NCBI RefSeq assembly: GCF_000150275.1
Contig: NW_002060946.1
Coordinates: 2,189,454-2,253,453 of the forward strand
Length of the DNA stretch: 64,000 bases
Origin: Trichoplax adhaerens
Lineage: Eukaryota; Animalia; Placozoa
Direction: 5' to 3'
The notes under the pieces: generated by a model
What the model saw: only the letters and a program-made list of their open reading frames with translations
Databases searched by the model: none
What the model was told of the DNA's origin: nothing
Shown here: piece by piece, positions 1-13,548 of the stretch
Numbering within the stretch: position 1 is the first letter of the stretch
How the letters are laid out: each line of letters starts with the position of its first letter
Translations under genes and position numbers: made by a program

Positions 1-851
1 TAAAGGCTTGCCATTAGATATCTGAAAGATCTCTACTGTTATTTACACCTTTACGTAAATAGCTAATAACAAGAAGAGCCCACGGGCTATTGCTATCCGG
101 TAGAGTGGACAAATAGTCCTGGAAAACTTAAAATATGAAAGAACTAAAAAACAATCTATTCTACAATCAAAATAAACTTAGTGAACAGAATTCTAAAATT
201 ACAATCGGTGATTTCACCACAACACACACTGTTTATCTTCATAAACAGTATATCATTCACAGCGTGAAGAGACCATTAATAATAATATTGATAAATTCAT
301 CATCGCTAGCTAGGGATGATCATATTTGGAAATTACGACATTTTCACCTACCAAAATATTTCCATAGCTCTAACGATACTCCTATACCAGGATTATAATT
401 ATATTAATCAACATGATAGGAAAATCTAATAGATGACAAATGAAATCGATTTGCTGAATAGTTGTAATTTTATCATTTGTTAACTACGATAATTTTACTA
501 TAAGTAATATTGTTATTCATGAGGTATCAAGGAAATGGGACTGTAGATTTGATAATTTAAGAACTATAATTAACATCATGATTCAATAAATCATTTATAG
601 CAGTTCTCAACAGGGATTATTCCTAGCTGTTATTACCTACGAAACAGAGTTGCAATCTATAGTCAATATGAAGTAGTATTTATCAACTTCGTGCTGTTAA
701 TGATCTTAATGATCAAGCATGTTGAACGTGTGATACGTGATGTAAGTTTTATAACGGTAAAAGGACAAGATTGCCAATAGAAATGTTAAGACATCTTCCA
801 TCGTTCACGCCTTTCTAACATAATACATACGATAATAGCCGTTTTAGTAGC

Positions 852-3800
852 TTAGACGATTGCAGGAGAAGAATTCTTGCGATCTTGCACAGTTCCACGA
901 GAATAGAAAGTTTGATGAAACTGAAGACAGGGATGTAAAGTTTTACCTCTACTGTAAAAGAAATTGTATCCCAAGATGTAATCTAATATATATTTCTTTA
1001 ATACTTGTTGCTTTTGGCTCTCGCTCAAGTCTTTGCTGGTAAAGTAAGACATACTTGACATCATGGTGACAAAGGATAAAATAGTTCCTGATAGAGCATT
1101 ACTTAATGAATTGATGTTGTTGATGATATTAAAGGAAGCTACAGCCGTTATAAAGCATCCCCCAATAGTGGCTATCGCAATAATGCGACTTAGTAGTTGG
1201 CCAAAGCTTGTTGCTAATCCAGATGCTTGGTAACTAAGATAGTTATAAAACTCGATAGGAATACCCACATCAGTAAGTTCACCTTCTTCATCGTGTAGAT
1301 CATAATAGAACGGTTTCAAATTGAATTGTAGGGTATGCAATTGTTGATGACTTAATTCTTCTTCAATTTTATAACGTAAATCGTTCAAATAATCATTAAA
1401 TTGTGAGAATTTAACGCTGTAAATTTTCTCGCCATTTCCATCGGTGCCATCCTGTCGAAATTTTACAACAATTGATTGCTGCTCGTATCGAAATTCTGTC
1501 TCACATTCTATTGTTAACAATTCTAATCGAGTTCGTATCATTTCACGAAGATTTTCTAGTCTTATCGGTAGATCGACCTCCACCCCTTTTGGAGTTACAA
1601 TAAATAAAATTTCCATACGTCCCGTATCTTCCGATAAATAATTATCCTCTTCCGATTTTATTTCTTCTTGTAATTCAAGAATAGCCTTCGATAAAGCTAT
1701 TTTATCACCAGAATAGGATTGTATTGCTTGTTTTGCAAAGTAAAGAAATGGAAAACCAGGAGCGAAGTATGATGAGAAGAAGTTGCTATGGGCTACAAGA
1801 AATGCTATTGATGTAATTAAAATTCTAACTATTAATTGTAACGTTGACCATATTAAAAACATTGACAAAACACAAAATAAGACAGAAATGACATAGAGTA
1901 TAGCTTTGATGATAGCTTTAGAATGAGGCACATGTTTGCTATGGCAGTGAAATTTTTTACATAATCGGTAGGCAATAATATCTGCTTTGCGGAATGCATA
2001 ATATTCCAATGATAGCTTATTAATAATTGCGAATGGAGCGCTACAGAGTACAACTACAAATAGTGATAAAAATTTCCACCATGAGTCGATATTGCAGAAA
2101 AAATCACAACACAGTTGCTTTGTTGCTGTAACCAATTTGTCAAAATACCATACTAATCGGAAATTGAATTCTTTTTCCGTATATTTCAATATTTTTTCAT
2201 TTCTGTATGCGATAGCCTTTTCCGCTTGCTTACCACCGCAATGGAAAATTGGTATTATTACAATTATGGTTAAGCATCCATAGATGATACCTAAAATTAG
2301 GAATGCTCTGTATGCGAGAATTGGGAATGGGAGCTGATGAAGTACTGGAACGGGAAGAAAATGGTAGGGATGAAATTGTAGCCAAGACGATGCTATAAAT
2401 CCAACCATGCAGAAGATATAAAGCATGATATAGCGTATCCATAAGGTCGAATTTTGTGTAGATTGATACGAAAGTCTTCTTAAACGATCACCAATACCTT
2501 CATACATATATTTACTAACTAATCTTAAATGAACATATTCCGGTAAAGAAGGGGTACTTATATTTTCTTTTCTGAAATAGAAAATATAGAAATAGCAAAA
2601 ATGTGATTTAGACGAAGAAAATAGAAAATATAGATGTAAGATCTCAATAGTTATTCTTAGGTGGTACAGTAGATCCATTACCCTTCATAATCACGGCTAA
2701 AGTTTAATATTAAATAACCTCTATTATTTTAATGCATGACTGATCGTAGTAGACTGTTATTGTAAAGTTTGTAAAATAGGCTACATTTGTTTTATCTCAA
2801 ATAGTAACTTTCCTTTCAAAAAATTGTTGTAAAATGAGCTATCAGCACATATTTTTCATGGTTACAAATGATGACATCAGTTATGGGGGATTTTAACTAG
2901 CATATCCCTACTTTAATTTTCTATTGTAGTCTAAATCATCGTTAAAAGTTCGCTAGCAATACGTGTTTCAACTGATTGCAAATGAGAGCATCAGTTATAG
3001 GGTTCTTAACTTGCAAATACAAGCTCATTATCGACAGTAATCTAAACTGATAATTTTTCAATTAAATTTATATTTCAATTAATTGCAAAAGAAAGAATCA
3101 ATTATGACGACTGTAATTAATATATAGCTGTTAATTACTAACTGCCATTAATTTCAATAATTATAATTAAGGGCTAACGTACTATTACTGTCTGATTGCT
3201 GTTTAATAGGATTAGACGATAACATTTGATAACTGATAAGTAAAGTGTTATTAGTGCATAGCTGAATGATAAGATCGAAAACTAGGGTAAAACTTTTATT
3301 CATGTGAAAGAATCATGTGGAAAGTTGTAGTCTGCAATTCGATCTATCGATAATTACCCTGACTGAACAGCTAGTTGTAGTCAATTTTAACGTTTCAATT
3401 AAAAGAGAAAGTCGAAAGAATGCTGACGATAATGCAGTAACCATTGCTGGCAGTATCTATTTTATTTAGAGCGTAAATAGAGGTCTAAAAGAATTAGCAG
3501 TAGTTCTAAGAATTAAGCAAGCACCTGAATGGCATAGGTTATGATATATTAGAGAATTTTTTTGAAATTACAGTAGTTTACGTATAATTTTAGATTGTTG
3601 TGTAATTAAATTTTACTCGAATTTAGTCAAACTTACTGTTGAACTGTTGGTACGTCCTGGATTAACCATCTCAAGACACCCGCTGCTAAAATGATGCTTA
3701 AAAAAAGGGAAATGTAACGGAAAGCAATAAGAAATGGCGATGTAGAAAATGGAAGATCACAGACTTGAGCGTTATTGAGGACACGACAACAAGAAAATGT

Positions 3801-4313
3801 GATATGATCGAGTGGAGTTAGGACATTAATTTTTCGCTTGCATATTGTACCACAGCTAGAGCCAGTACAAGAGAGGTGGACGTTAGCAAAATGTTTCAGA
3901 GCACGAAAAGTACATCGATCACGTTGAGTAGTATTTAGTTGATGGTAACATCCCATGGGGGATTGATCAACAGTAACATTCATACTACTCTCAAAGAATA
4001 ACGGTAATAGCGAAGATAAGACGAAAAAATCCACAGGCATGGTCATTAAATTTTGGCCAAAATCTAATCGAACCCATGCGAATACCGTGTGATCATCTAG
4101 GGGAAAAAGGGATTGACCATTTATATCGTTTAGTGACAAGAACAAGACATGATTAACGTCTTGATTGGTATGATATTTTAGACGCTGTGAATCAACGGTT
4201 GATGGTAGAGTAATGCTACAATGGTCATTGCAAACAGAGTAATTTAAACATTGGATTGCAGGAAGATAAAGGAATAAGGTAATTAATACGATGAAAATTG
4301 TTGAAGCCATCAT
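852..4313 (-). CDS. Uncharacterised multi-pass membrane protein with signal peptide and Cys-rich ectodomain (~800 aa, spliced)
   Basis: ORF 4313-3633 has a signal peptide (MMASTIFIVLITLFLYLPAIQC), a Cys-rich domain and a TM helix, ending at a phase-2 donor CAACA|GTAAGT (exon end 3637). It joins in phase, via an optional 15-nt exon 2696-2682, to acceptor TTTCTATTTCAG|A at 2571, which enters the 608-aa ORF frame with several hydrophobic helices; stop at 852. Confidence 0.8.
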
Positions 4314-4949
4314 TCAATCCAAACTTGAAGGCCAAATGATAACGTAATGAATTGTGGGTGTTGAGATAGAGCGATGTCAGAGTAGATTAATGAATACTTC
4401 TTCTATTAAGATGGATATAGAAATGGTATTTTAGGCTAGCAGTAGAAAGAAACGTCTTCTACCAAATGTTAGACAAAATGAAACAGTAATCACATAAATT
4501 TTGTTATTAATCCAAGGGGTGAGAATTTCCAGTCGAGGTTGAAAGAAATTAGGATAATTTCTATCTCCTAAACAGGGTGGACGTTGTGAAAATTAAGATA
4601 GGAATGAAAGCTTGCTAATAGGATAACAGACCACTCGATAGGAGTTTATGAAAGAATCGACTACGGATAATTTGCTCTTGCCATATGTTAGTCCAAGTCG
4701 ATGACAATGATAGTTATACTGTATCTATCAGTACGTCGATGATGATTACTTTGATTTGTGTACGCTAGGACTGTAAGTCAGTTTTGCAATTCTAGCACAG
4801 TCGTTTTCAATACGCCTCTTTCGCTTGGCTTGTCAATCACTTGCTTATTCTCCGGTGTCTACGCCAATACCTAGACACGATAGGATTGGTCTATTAAACT
4901 AGAGTACTGTAAAGGGATAGTTAGGCAATGAACAAGCTCGGAAATACGA

Positions 4950-5860
4950 TAAGTCAAGGCTAACTTCTAAGTAAATTCTGCAGCTGCTTTAAAACACGTC
5001 AATTCCACTTGGCTTGTTGATTACTCAGTCGTATCTATGTAAGAAATCTTGTACTGGAACTCCAATCTGATTTAGATAAAGGCTCAATAAAATGTTCTAA
5101 CTTGAGAAGGTGGAAAATATGATCAATAACAGCGTGAAAATTTGCCTGCTAGTCAACTCCACCGTCACTTTCAAATATTTAGTTCAATTCCAACTAGCTT
5201 GTTTCATCAATGGGTCGCAACCATGTAAACTATCTTATACCATCAGTAAAACCTGATTTGGACCAACTCTTAACTTTACGATAGAAGACTACGTCTATCT
5301 TATTCTATTAATTATTAGCGGTCAAGCTACGTATTACTGTAACTTAAGAAAGCCAGTTAATACGATCAATAACGCCAATTCAGATTACTTGCAAGTGAAC
5401 TCCATTACTACTTTAAAATACGTAAATTCCACTTCATTTGCCCATCACTTGGTCATGTCGATGTAAAATCTCTTGTACTGTCGCTAAAATAAAGTTAAGA
5501 TCAACTCTTAATTGATCACGATACGATGGAGACTATGTTCACCGTCAAGCTATTCACTTAGAAAATCGGTTCAACGATCCACAATGCCCAACCAAGTTTG
5601 CTTGCAAGTCAACTTCACAGCTGCTTTAAAATATGTTCATTGCACTTCGTTAGGCAATCCTGTGCTGATGTAAAAATCTCTTGTACTGTCGCTAAAATGA
5701 GATTTTGATGAACTCTTTAATTAACTAGCATAAGATTATGAGTTTGTTTCCAATCAAGGTGGTGGTCAATCAAGTCAGAAAATACGATCAATATTTCAGC
5801 CTGAAAATTGGCTGCCGTCTTCAACCTAATAACGCTTTGGCTTAATTTGATTCGGTTGGA
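4950..5860. repeat. Degenerate tandem repeat, ~210-bp unit, 4-5 copies
   Basis: ATCTCTTGTACTGTCGCTAAAAT at ~5468 and ~5676; CAGCTGCTTTAAAA at 4981 and 5618; a TACGATCAATA-like motif at ~5118, 5362, 5573 and 5784. Confidence 0.75.
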
Positions 5861-6729
5861 GGCGAGTTTATTGATTACTCTATCGTGTCTTTCTCGACAC
5901 TCTCTTGCACCCTGATTTGATAGATTGATTGTAAGCAATTTCTTGCAGCACTAGCGGGATTTGGTGTTAACATGGAAAGCAATTCAAAGTTGCCTGTACT
6001 GTCAAGCAGCGATGTCTCGCCAATGTCTACTATTCCTATAGTCCGATTACAAGCGAATAAAAGACAATAGATGATAGGCAAGCTGTTGCATATTGATTCT
6101 ACTGTAGAACTTCTACAGCATCTTCTTCTTATGTAAACACGTAGAAATGGAAAGAAAGGAGAGCTTTTACCATGCCCCACCAGCTAAAAGGCAAAAGAAA
6201 TAGGCAGAGAATGGAGGGGAAAAGTTTTCTCAGGATGAGCTCGCCGGTAGGGTACTGTACCGAATAAGACAATGGATTATACTCTACCGTATAACGATAA
6301 CAGTATCAAATGGAATCAACTCTCCTAGTGACTGAACATGGAATAGCGACTGATAGTTTGTATGAGAAACTTGCAAGAAATTCAAGTTTTCCATACTGCG
6401 ATCCAAAGTAATCAAAATATCAACAGCCAATGGCTCAAGGTTGGGCAGATCTCTCCGCATGGAATTGGAGCCAAGCTGAAAGTTCATTTCTTCACCATTT
6501 AAAGACATAATTTAAGGCAAGACGATAGCCGAACATCTTTCAAGCATTTTCCAGGGCTCACTACGCCCTTGTAATAGTGGTCTGGTCATTCTCGGCCTAC
6601 GGTATGACCAATCTGAGCAGCTAAACAACAGTCTCGCGACCGATCCAACATAGCGCTAACATCAAATCGATCAATATCAAATTCTAAAACAGATCACATT
6701 ATTGCATGCATTTCTAGAAATTATTGAGC

Positions 6730-7390
6730 CAAAAATTTACCGCAAGCTGTACTAGTAGGTACATTTCGCCTTTGTAATTGTGGTCAGTCAAAGCTTCTTG
6801 ACAGAGTATGTCCTGCCCATTTTTATCATCGGGATGCCGATGATTGTGCCGGTATCATGCAACAATTAGGTTATAAACGATATTCCATCGTAGCCTACAG
6901 TGATAGTGGTGTAGCAAGGGTAATTTGAGCCGGTAAACATCCCGATAGGGTTAAAAAATGAATCTTAATAGCCACTCGTTCTTACATCATCGAAGAAGAT
7001 CAAAATAGATCTCGGCATAAGCAAAATAATACTCAATTTAATCCCTTCATTTTAGATAGAGCAACAGAAGTTCATGGTGGTGGTAGGGAAACTGCCCCAA
7101 AGTGATAGACTTCATACTTGAAGACCTATTCTGAGCTGTATGATTGCGATAACAATTTATATCGATCTAAATTGAGTATGATTAAATGCTCAACTATTAT
7201 CTTACATGGTAAACACAACTTTACGGTTCCAGCTTTTTTACGCTCATTATTTATATGATCATATTAAGGACTCACATTGACATTTAATTGAGACTGGTTG
7301 TCACGGTTAACAATTTCAATTTCAGATAAACTTGTAAGATTAGTGAAGACATTTTTAATCGATGATACTATCGGGTTAGGGATAAATTAG
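6730..7390 (+). pseudogene. Pseudogene copy of the BPHL-like alpha/beta hydrolase at 11639-12445
   Basis: Colinear nucleotide similarity (e.g. TGTGGTCAGTCAAAGC, ATCATGCAACAATTAGGTTATAA, TATCTTACATGGTAAACA) with in-frame stops at ~6926, ~6959 and ~7104 plus indels. Confidence 0.92.
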
Positions 7391-8799
7391 AAGTTTACAA
7401 TAGCAGATACATGGGTATATTGTATCAAGGAAGGAAGATTGTCGTCAATAATGCTTCATTTGTGTTAGTATTATGATATTTTCTTTTCACTTTAATAGAT
7501 GCAATTTACACCTACGTAGTTCCTGGAACTGCACTTGATTTTATTACTAATACAGTCTTTTAGAATAGAGTAGTGTTTAACTTACCGTAGTCTGGATATT
7601 ATCGAACATTGGAAATTTATAGATATCTCGTATACCATATGCTTCTACGACAAGTGTAGCACGTTATCTTGCAAGCCGAATTCTTTTCCTCGTGTATTCT
7701 TCGATCTCATCAAATATACAGTCGTTAGATTTACAGTGAAACGCGACTTTGATTAAAGCCAAGTTGTTGTAAATGTGACTATAAACAGGAAGTGATGATA
7801 TAAATGTAAGACACAAAATTTGTCATCTACAACTTAATACTACGATTCATTTGCAACTTTAAACTGTTTATGCACGCATTGAATATGCGAATCTTGGATG
7901 ATAGACATCAGTAAAATTGCTGCTGGATTATTCTTATTAGTCAATCATTATAAATAATGCGTAATTATATTATATACGTATGTTATATACTTTTATACAT
8001 CTCTTTTGTAACTGGCTGATAATATAATATTAGTACTACATTATCGCCTTAATTATTTAACTGGATGAACTGTAAAATATCGTAATATCGTTATTATAAG
8101 CTAGATTTAGATTGATTTGTGGCATAGTACCATACTGCTGTATATAGTATTCTATTAGTATCCGGCTGTCACGGTACTAAATTACCGTGAGTAGTTCTAA
8201 TGTGTAAATATGGAGTTTTAATCTATATTAAGGTATGACGATTGCTACTACTAAATATAGTGTAAATACATGCAGTAGAACCAAGATCGATCATATCAAC
8301 ATTTTCGTTATGAAGCTGTTATCTTGACTGGATAGATATTATTCCCTCTAGATAGTAATTGCTAGATTTAGCGGTAGAATCCCGAATATAGATGCTGGGG
8401 ACTGGTTTAGCCGATATATTATAAACCTGATTTGTAAAATGTAAATATTCTAGATTAAAATCTTATACCCAAATGTGTTCGAGAAGATATAATGATAATC
8501 GGGGATATTTCCCATATCAATTCTGTATTTAATAGGACTAGAGCATAGAGAAGTCCTAAAGGAAACATTTAGTGTGAAATATCGTCTATAAATAGTAATA
8601 TCGTAGCCTTGCGAGGCGTTGATGCAGTTAAAGTGGTTATACTGTTAAAATAGCTATTTAAAGGCTTGCCGATTCGGTTAATAAGTTAGATTTGTGATTT
8701 CATCATTTTTAAGTTGAAGACTTGAACTTATTGTCTAGATTGTTGAAGAACTCCAATATGATCTAAAGATCAGGACTGCTGTACGCTTAGTTTCACATT

Positions 8800-10020
8800 A
8801 TTACTCATAGCTATTTGGTGCAGTTTGCATACCATAGCTCTTCAGTATATCATAGAAAGTGACCATTTTATAACATGAAAGAAATTACAGAGAACGATAG
8901 AAATGATGCCAGAGACTGCTAATACAAAGTATAATAATAATGAGAACCTCACGTGGACTTCGCGATGGAAAGACATTTCAACATGAACGACTGTATCTCC
9001 ACAATTTGACCTTGCTGTAGGCGATTTTGCAAGTGCGTATATAATTAATTAGCTCAGGGAAAATTTACAAGACAATGCAATACGCTTGCTATACTCTTTA
9101 GTCAACGACCTCTCTGTCAATAAGCACAACCTTGGCGCCAAGAGGATATTAACTAACTACATTAATAAATATGCAAAACTAGTCTGTAAAACTGCGATTT
9201 GGAGTCTTTGGAGGTAAGTAAGGTCATCAATCCTATTGTACTATCATTTGCTAGTTATCAAGGTAATCTAACCTTCAAGGTAGATCTATCCTTATTATAT
9301 AATGATATTGCATCGATAACTTTTCTACAAAAAAGGTGCAGCATCGTTCTGTCTTCACAAAATTGTTTTACTATAAAGTTGGTGCAGTAACTCCTACCAT
9401 CTACAATGTCTCTACGCGCTGTAAAATTAAAATCAAATGTTAATACTTTAGAAAATAATAACATTACGATAGTGAGGTAGTCCTTATTACAGTATCAGCA
9501 AGTTCGCACGGGAACAAAAATGGTTGTACTTAAAAAATAACTAGCAGAAAGCTTGTGATATATAAGCAAAGATGATTTGTAGGAGCATACTATCCTTTTC
9601 TTCTCCGATTGCTCTCTTAGTACATTCTATTTATAGCTAACTTTTTCTTCAGGATTGATCATTTTCATTTTATTAACTTTGTGTACTATACAGTACCAGT
9701 TGGTATGACACAAATTTCGGATCTCGTTTTGTACCTTAAATCCTTGATGATAGACATTTACCCTCGGATTTCAAGGTTAATTTGCAGTATACGTGTGCTG
9801 AAAGTATCCAAATTAATGCTGCGAATACTAAGGCTACATTCAGGTTTCGGCATGTCCTCAATGCAAATTTTATCAGTGTATCATGCTATAGTCCTTGATA
9901 CAGTTCTATGATGCAGAAGAGAATTCTTAAACTCATAGTACCTTAGTAGCTCGATGTAGAATGCTTCGTTCACAATAATCGACATGAGAGACTTTTAGCA
10001 TGAGATTGCTATCATGTTGC
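8800..10020 (-). pseudogene. Possible decayed Ig-like/TM protein remnant
   Basis: Broken minus-strand fragments CSLSIRSINLD..(V)YC, DGRSYCT, KRIALSCKF and a TM-like stretch FSLLLYFVLAVSGIISIVLCNFF, interrupted by stops and frameshifts; motif resemblance only. Confidence 0.25.
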
Positions 10021-11638
10021 TCGAGTTATCTATGAATTTGTGCGCATATTAATGGAGTGAAAGCGAACCAATGACAGCTAAACATTCACTAATTCATTAA
10101 AAACAAATAAACAAGACCTGAAGACGTGTTATCACCTATCTTTATTTTGCAATCTAATTTACAAAGTCAAACACCACTCTTAAGCAATGACCCATTTTTG
10201 TGTAGGTTAGTCTTGCTCGATGAGGTGATATCGATACAGAGTTTGTTATTCATGTTAGCATCTTGTACATAATATCATCATCATCAATGATGACATTATT
10301 TCTTTATTGCTCTAACCATGTACATTTATTATGCAGACTATCAACATCGAGCAAAATGGCCATGGATAAAGAAACAATGTTAACTTTAATCAAAAGAGAT
10401 TGGAACACGGAAGTACAAAAAGATTCCTCTGTAAGATAACTATGATCAGTTAATTGAATAAGACTTTCATGATTATTCGAGCCAATCAAGGTTTTATAAA
10501 TGAGAGAGGATCAGCGAGATATCATTGGATGCTAGCATACAGTGGCATAGTGTTAAATAGGAACCAATTAGCGAGCCATTTCTACTGCATATTACCATTT
10601 AGGGACATCCAAAAAGAAATACAGTAGGATAAATGAGGCTTTCTTTTCAATTATGTTACATGTACTTTATACCTATGTAAAGATATTTGTTATGGCCTAA
10701 GACGAGGTACGATATGTTTACAGTAGTTCAGCGTAAAGATTACTGTTATGGGCTACGGCAGGATACGGTACTTTTAGCTCAACGTGAAGGATATATTTCT
10801 AAATCGAATGCATTTAATACAGTATAAGGATGATTAAGAAAGAATACTTACAGCAATAAGCATCACTTTGATTGTGCTACCATGCTACTGGAGATAGGGA
10901 CTGCAAACAAGTGCTAATCCCTACAGTAGAGCCGATGTTTTATCCCCTTAATGATTCAGTGAATAGACTCCTATTACTGCCACATTAATTAGGTTGCCAT
11001 AGTTATGCTGCATAAAGTAAATTGGATCTTTAAATTTACTGTTAAATAATCTTGTTTGATTGTAGATCGGATAACACTTATAGTACAGTCGATCTACTAT
11101 GACTAGAAGTCATGACGATTGGCAATATGAAATAGGACCGTAGCAACATAGTATTCCGATGCCAACAGCTGATCATCGATAATTATAATACAATCGAATG
11201 CTATAACAAATTATGCTTAATGGGCAAAATTAGAAATGTTCGATAATTATACTTTGATATTAAATAATTAGACATTGATATTGCATATAATATTATGGAG
11301 TGCTAGCAATATCAGTCAGGTCTACTGACGTTGAATTTCACTGTATATACTGCGGGAAAATTTTTTTTTTTGCACTTTACAGGCTATTCTACCAACTCAT
11401 ATCAGCTGATCAGCATTAATATTGTAAATCAGAAATGAACAAATAGCCTCAATTAAATTAATCTCTCGTCTTACAGAGTAATATCACTTTAACCTGATAA
11501 TTACGCATAATTTCATATTTGTTATGCTGTCATTCAGTATTCTTATACAACGGATTTATTCTTCTAATAAAAAGTGTTTCTTTTACGCAATTACCATCAA
11601 ATAACGAGTTATTTTTTACTTTGTTCTGTCTACTATAG

Positions 11639-12445
11639 TTACAGGTTAAAGGTCCAACTTCCCAGGGCTTTCTAATTGTTGATGGCCAAAAGTTATACTA
11701 TTCCACTTGGGGAGAAGGAAGCGAAATTTTGGTCATCCTTCCTGGGAATTTAGGTGTCGGGGAAATGGATATGATCCACTTAGTAAAAAATGTACCGCAA
11801 GGTGTTTTAGTAGTTACATTTCATGTTCGTGGTTGTGGTCAGTCAAAGCCTCCCAATAGAGAGTATTCTGTCGATTTCTATGAACGAGATGCTGATGATT
11901 GTGCTAATATCATGCAACAATTAGGTTATAAGCGATATTCCGTTTTAGGTTGGTGTGATGGTGGTGTATCTGCGATGCTTTTGGCTGCTAACTATCCTGA
12001 TAATGTTAAAAAATTAATCCTTTTAGGCTGCCGTGCTTTTATTTCAGAAGAGGATCAAAATAGATATAGGAATATGCAAGATATAACTAAATTTAATCCG
12101 TTTATTTTACGCGATTTTATAAAAGTTCATGGCAATAAAGAAACCGCTCAAACGATTTGGTCGTCCTACTTGAATACATTTTTTCAATTATTTAATCGCG
12201 ATAATAACTTGTGTCAATCTGAGTTAACTATGATTAAATGTCCAACAATTATCTTACATGGTAAACATGACTATTTGGTACCAGCTTTTCACGCTCAATA
12301 CTTACGTGATCACATTAAGGGTTCACGATTACACCTAATTAGTGATGGTAGACATGCATTACAATATCAGTTTCCAGCTAAAATTGAAAGATTAGTTAAA
12401 ACATTCTTAATGGAGGATGCTGTTATACCTTGGGATGAACTATAA
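11639..12445 (+). CDS. BPHL: BPHL/valacyclovir hydrolase-like alpha/beta hydrolase (main exon; first exon not securely located)
   Basis: After acceptor CTATAG| at 11638 the frame reads LQVKGPTSQGFLIVDGQKLYYSTWGEGSEILVILPGNLG...RGCGQSKPPNR..DFYERDADD..YSVLGWCDGG..IKCPTIILHGKHDYLVP..HA..L.DHIKGSRLH..DGRH, matching BPHL-family motifs, including the catalytic Asp and His positions. Confidence 0.88.
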   Translation, partial: LQVKGPTSQGFLIVDGQKLYYSTWGEGSEILVILPGNLGVGEMDMIHLVKNVPQGVLVVTFHVRGCGQSKPPNREYSVDFYERDADDCANIMQQLGYKRYSVLGWCDGGVSAMLLAANYPDNVKKLILLGCRAFISEEDQNRYRNMQDITKFNPFILRDFIKVHGNKETAQTIWSSYLNTFFQLFNRDNNLCQSELTMIKCPTIILHGKHDYLVPAFHAQYLRDHIKGSRLHLISDGRHALQYQFPAKIERLVKTFLMEDAVIPWDEL

Positions 12446-13548
12446 ATCTACCTTACTACATTGGTTTGGATTCATCAAGAAGTAATATACGTCGGCAGTA
12501 ATTAATAATTAGGCTTACAGTATTTCAAGAAATCATTTGTAACTGGGTCTAGCTAGAATTAAAAACTGTGTATTAAATAAATATTCGAATTTATGATAGA
12601 AAATTTATGATAGCTGCTAAGTTATTTTCGTGTAAATCAATCCTGAAGTATTTCTACTTTTCGAAAATCGACTGAGATGTAACTACCATTGCATTACCAA
12701 TTTTTATAATTAATAGTAAATTTTAATGTGTTAGTCAAAATTTTTAACTCTGTACATAGTAATTTTCTACATTCTAACTCGTTTTCACCAGATAAAATTT
12801 TTATTCGTCAAAATTTTGAACACTGTAGAACAATCCTTTTGGGAAGAAAATAATACGAATAACAGTGCAAATCACAATACTGTAGATTACAATCTTATAT
12901 AATTAAATTGTTACTGTAGCTATATAATTCATAATAGGTGATAATTTGCATTTTTATACAATTAAGTTTCTACAGCATTTCCATTGCCAAAATTAAGAAT
13001 GTTATTTATAGTACACGTACATAAGTCGTAATCAACGTAAATTATAACATGGTTATATTTCATACCTTAATTACTACATTCACGCTAAGGCCTACGTAGT
13101 AGAATATTCCATAATCACTAATACGGGAAAATTTATGAACAAAATTAGTCAAAAGAGCTGTTAAATAACTATGGCTAATTACATCACATAAAGACGGCAC
13201 TCGACTGAATAATTCAAATAACCGCCAACCGAAGTAGTGATATATAAATAAATAATTTTAAATGTATTTAATTGCTATTCAATCAATTTCATAAATTAGA
13301 ATGCTATATATATGCCCATTTCCTGCAACAAAAATATAAACGGTCTCTCATATTAATTCTGTATGGCACCAGTTTTTCTATAACTTTTCATAGATTTAAA
13401 ATTATTACAAGAGTCTTTATAATTCATATTAACACAATATAATTAGCTTTCCATGTTTTTGAATATTGCGCAGTATTTAAGAGTCAATTTCTTAAAATTA
13501 TAAAACAATCAAATTATCGCTGTCATCATAAGAGCGTAAAGATAACAA

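Noticed and set aside
135-398. 87-aa ORF
   Set aside because: No motif or splice support; it lies in the probable 3' flank of the minus-strand gene.
2572-2678. First 36 aa of the 608-aa ORF as a true N-terminus
   Set aside because: They lie in an apparent intron (GTAATG...TTTCTATTTCAG); splicing to the upstream signal-peptide exon is phase-consistent.
4950-5860. CRISPR-like array
   Set aside because: Units are long, degenerate and similar throughout, with no repeat-spacer structure or cas genes; eukaryotic context.
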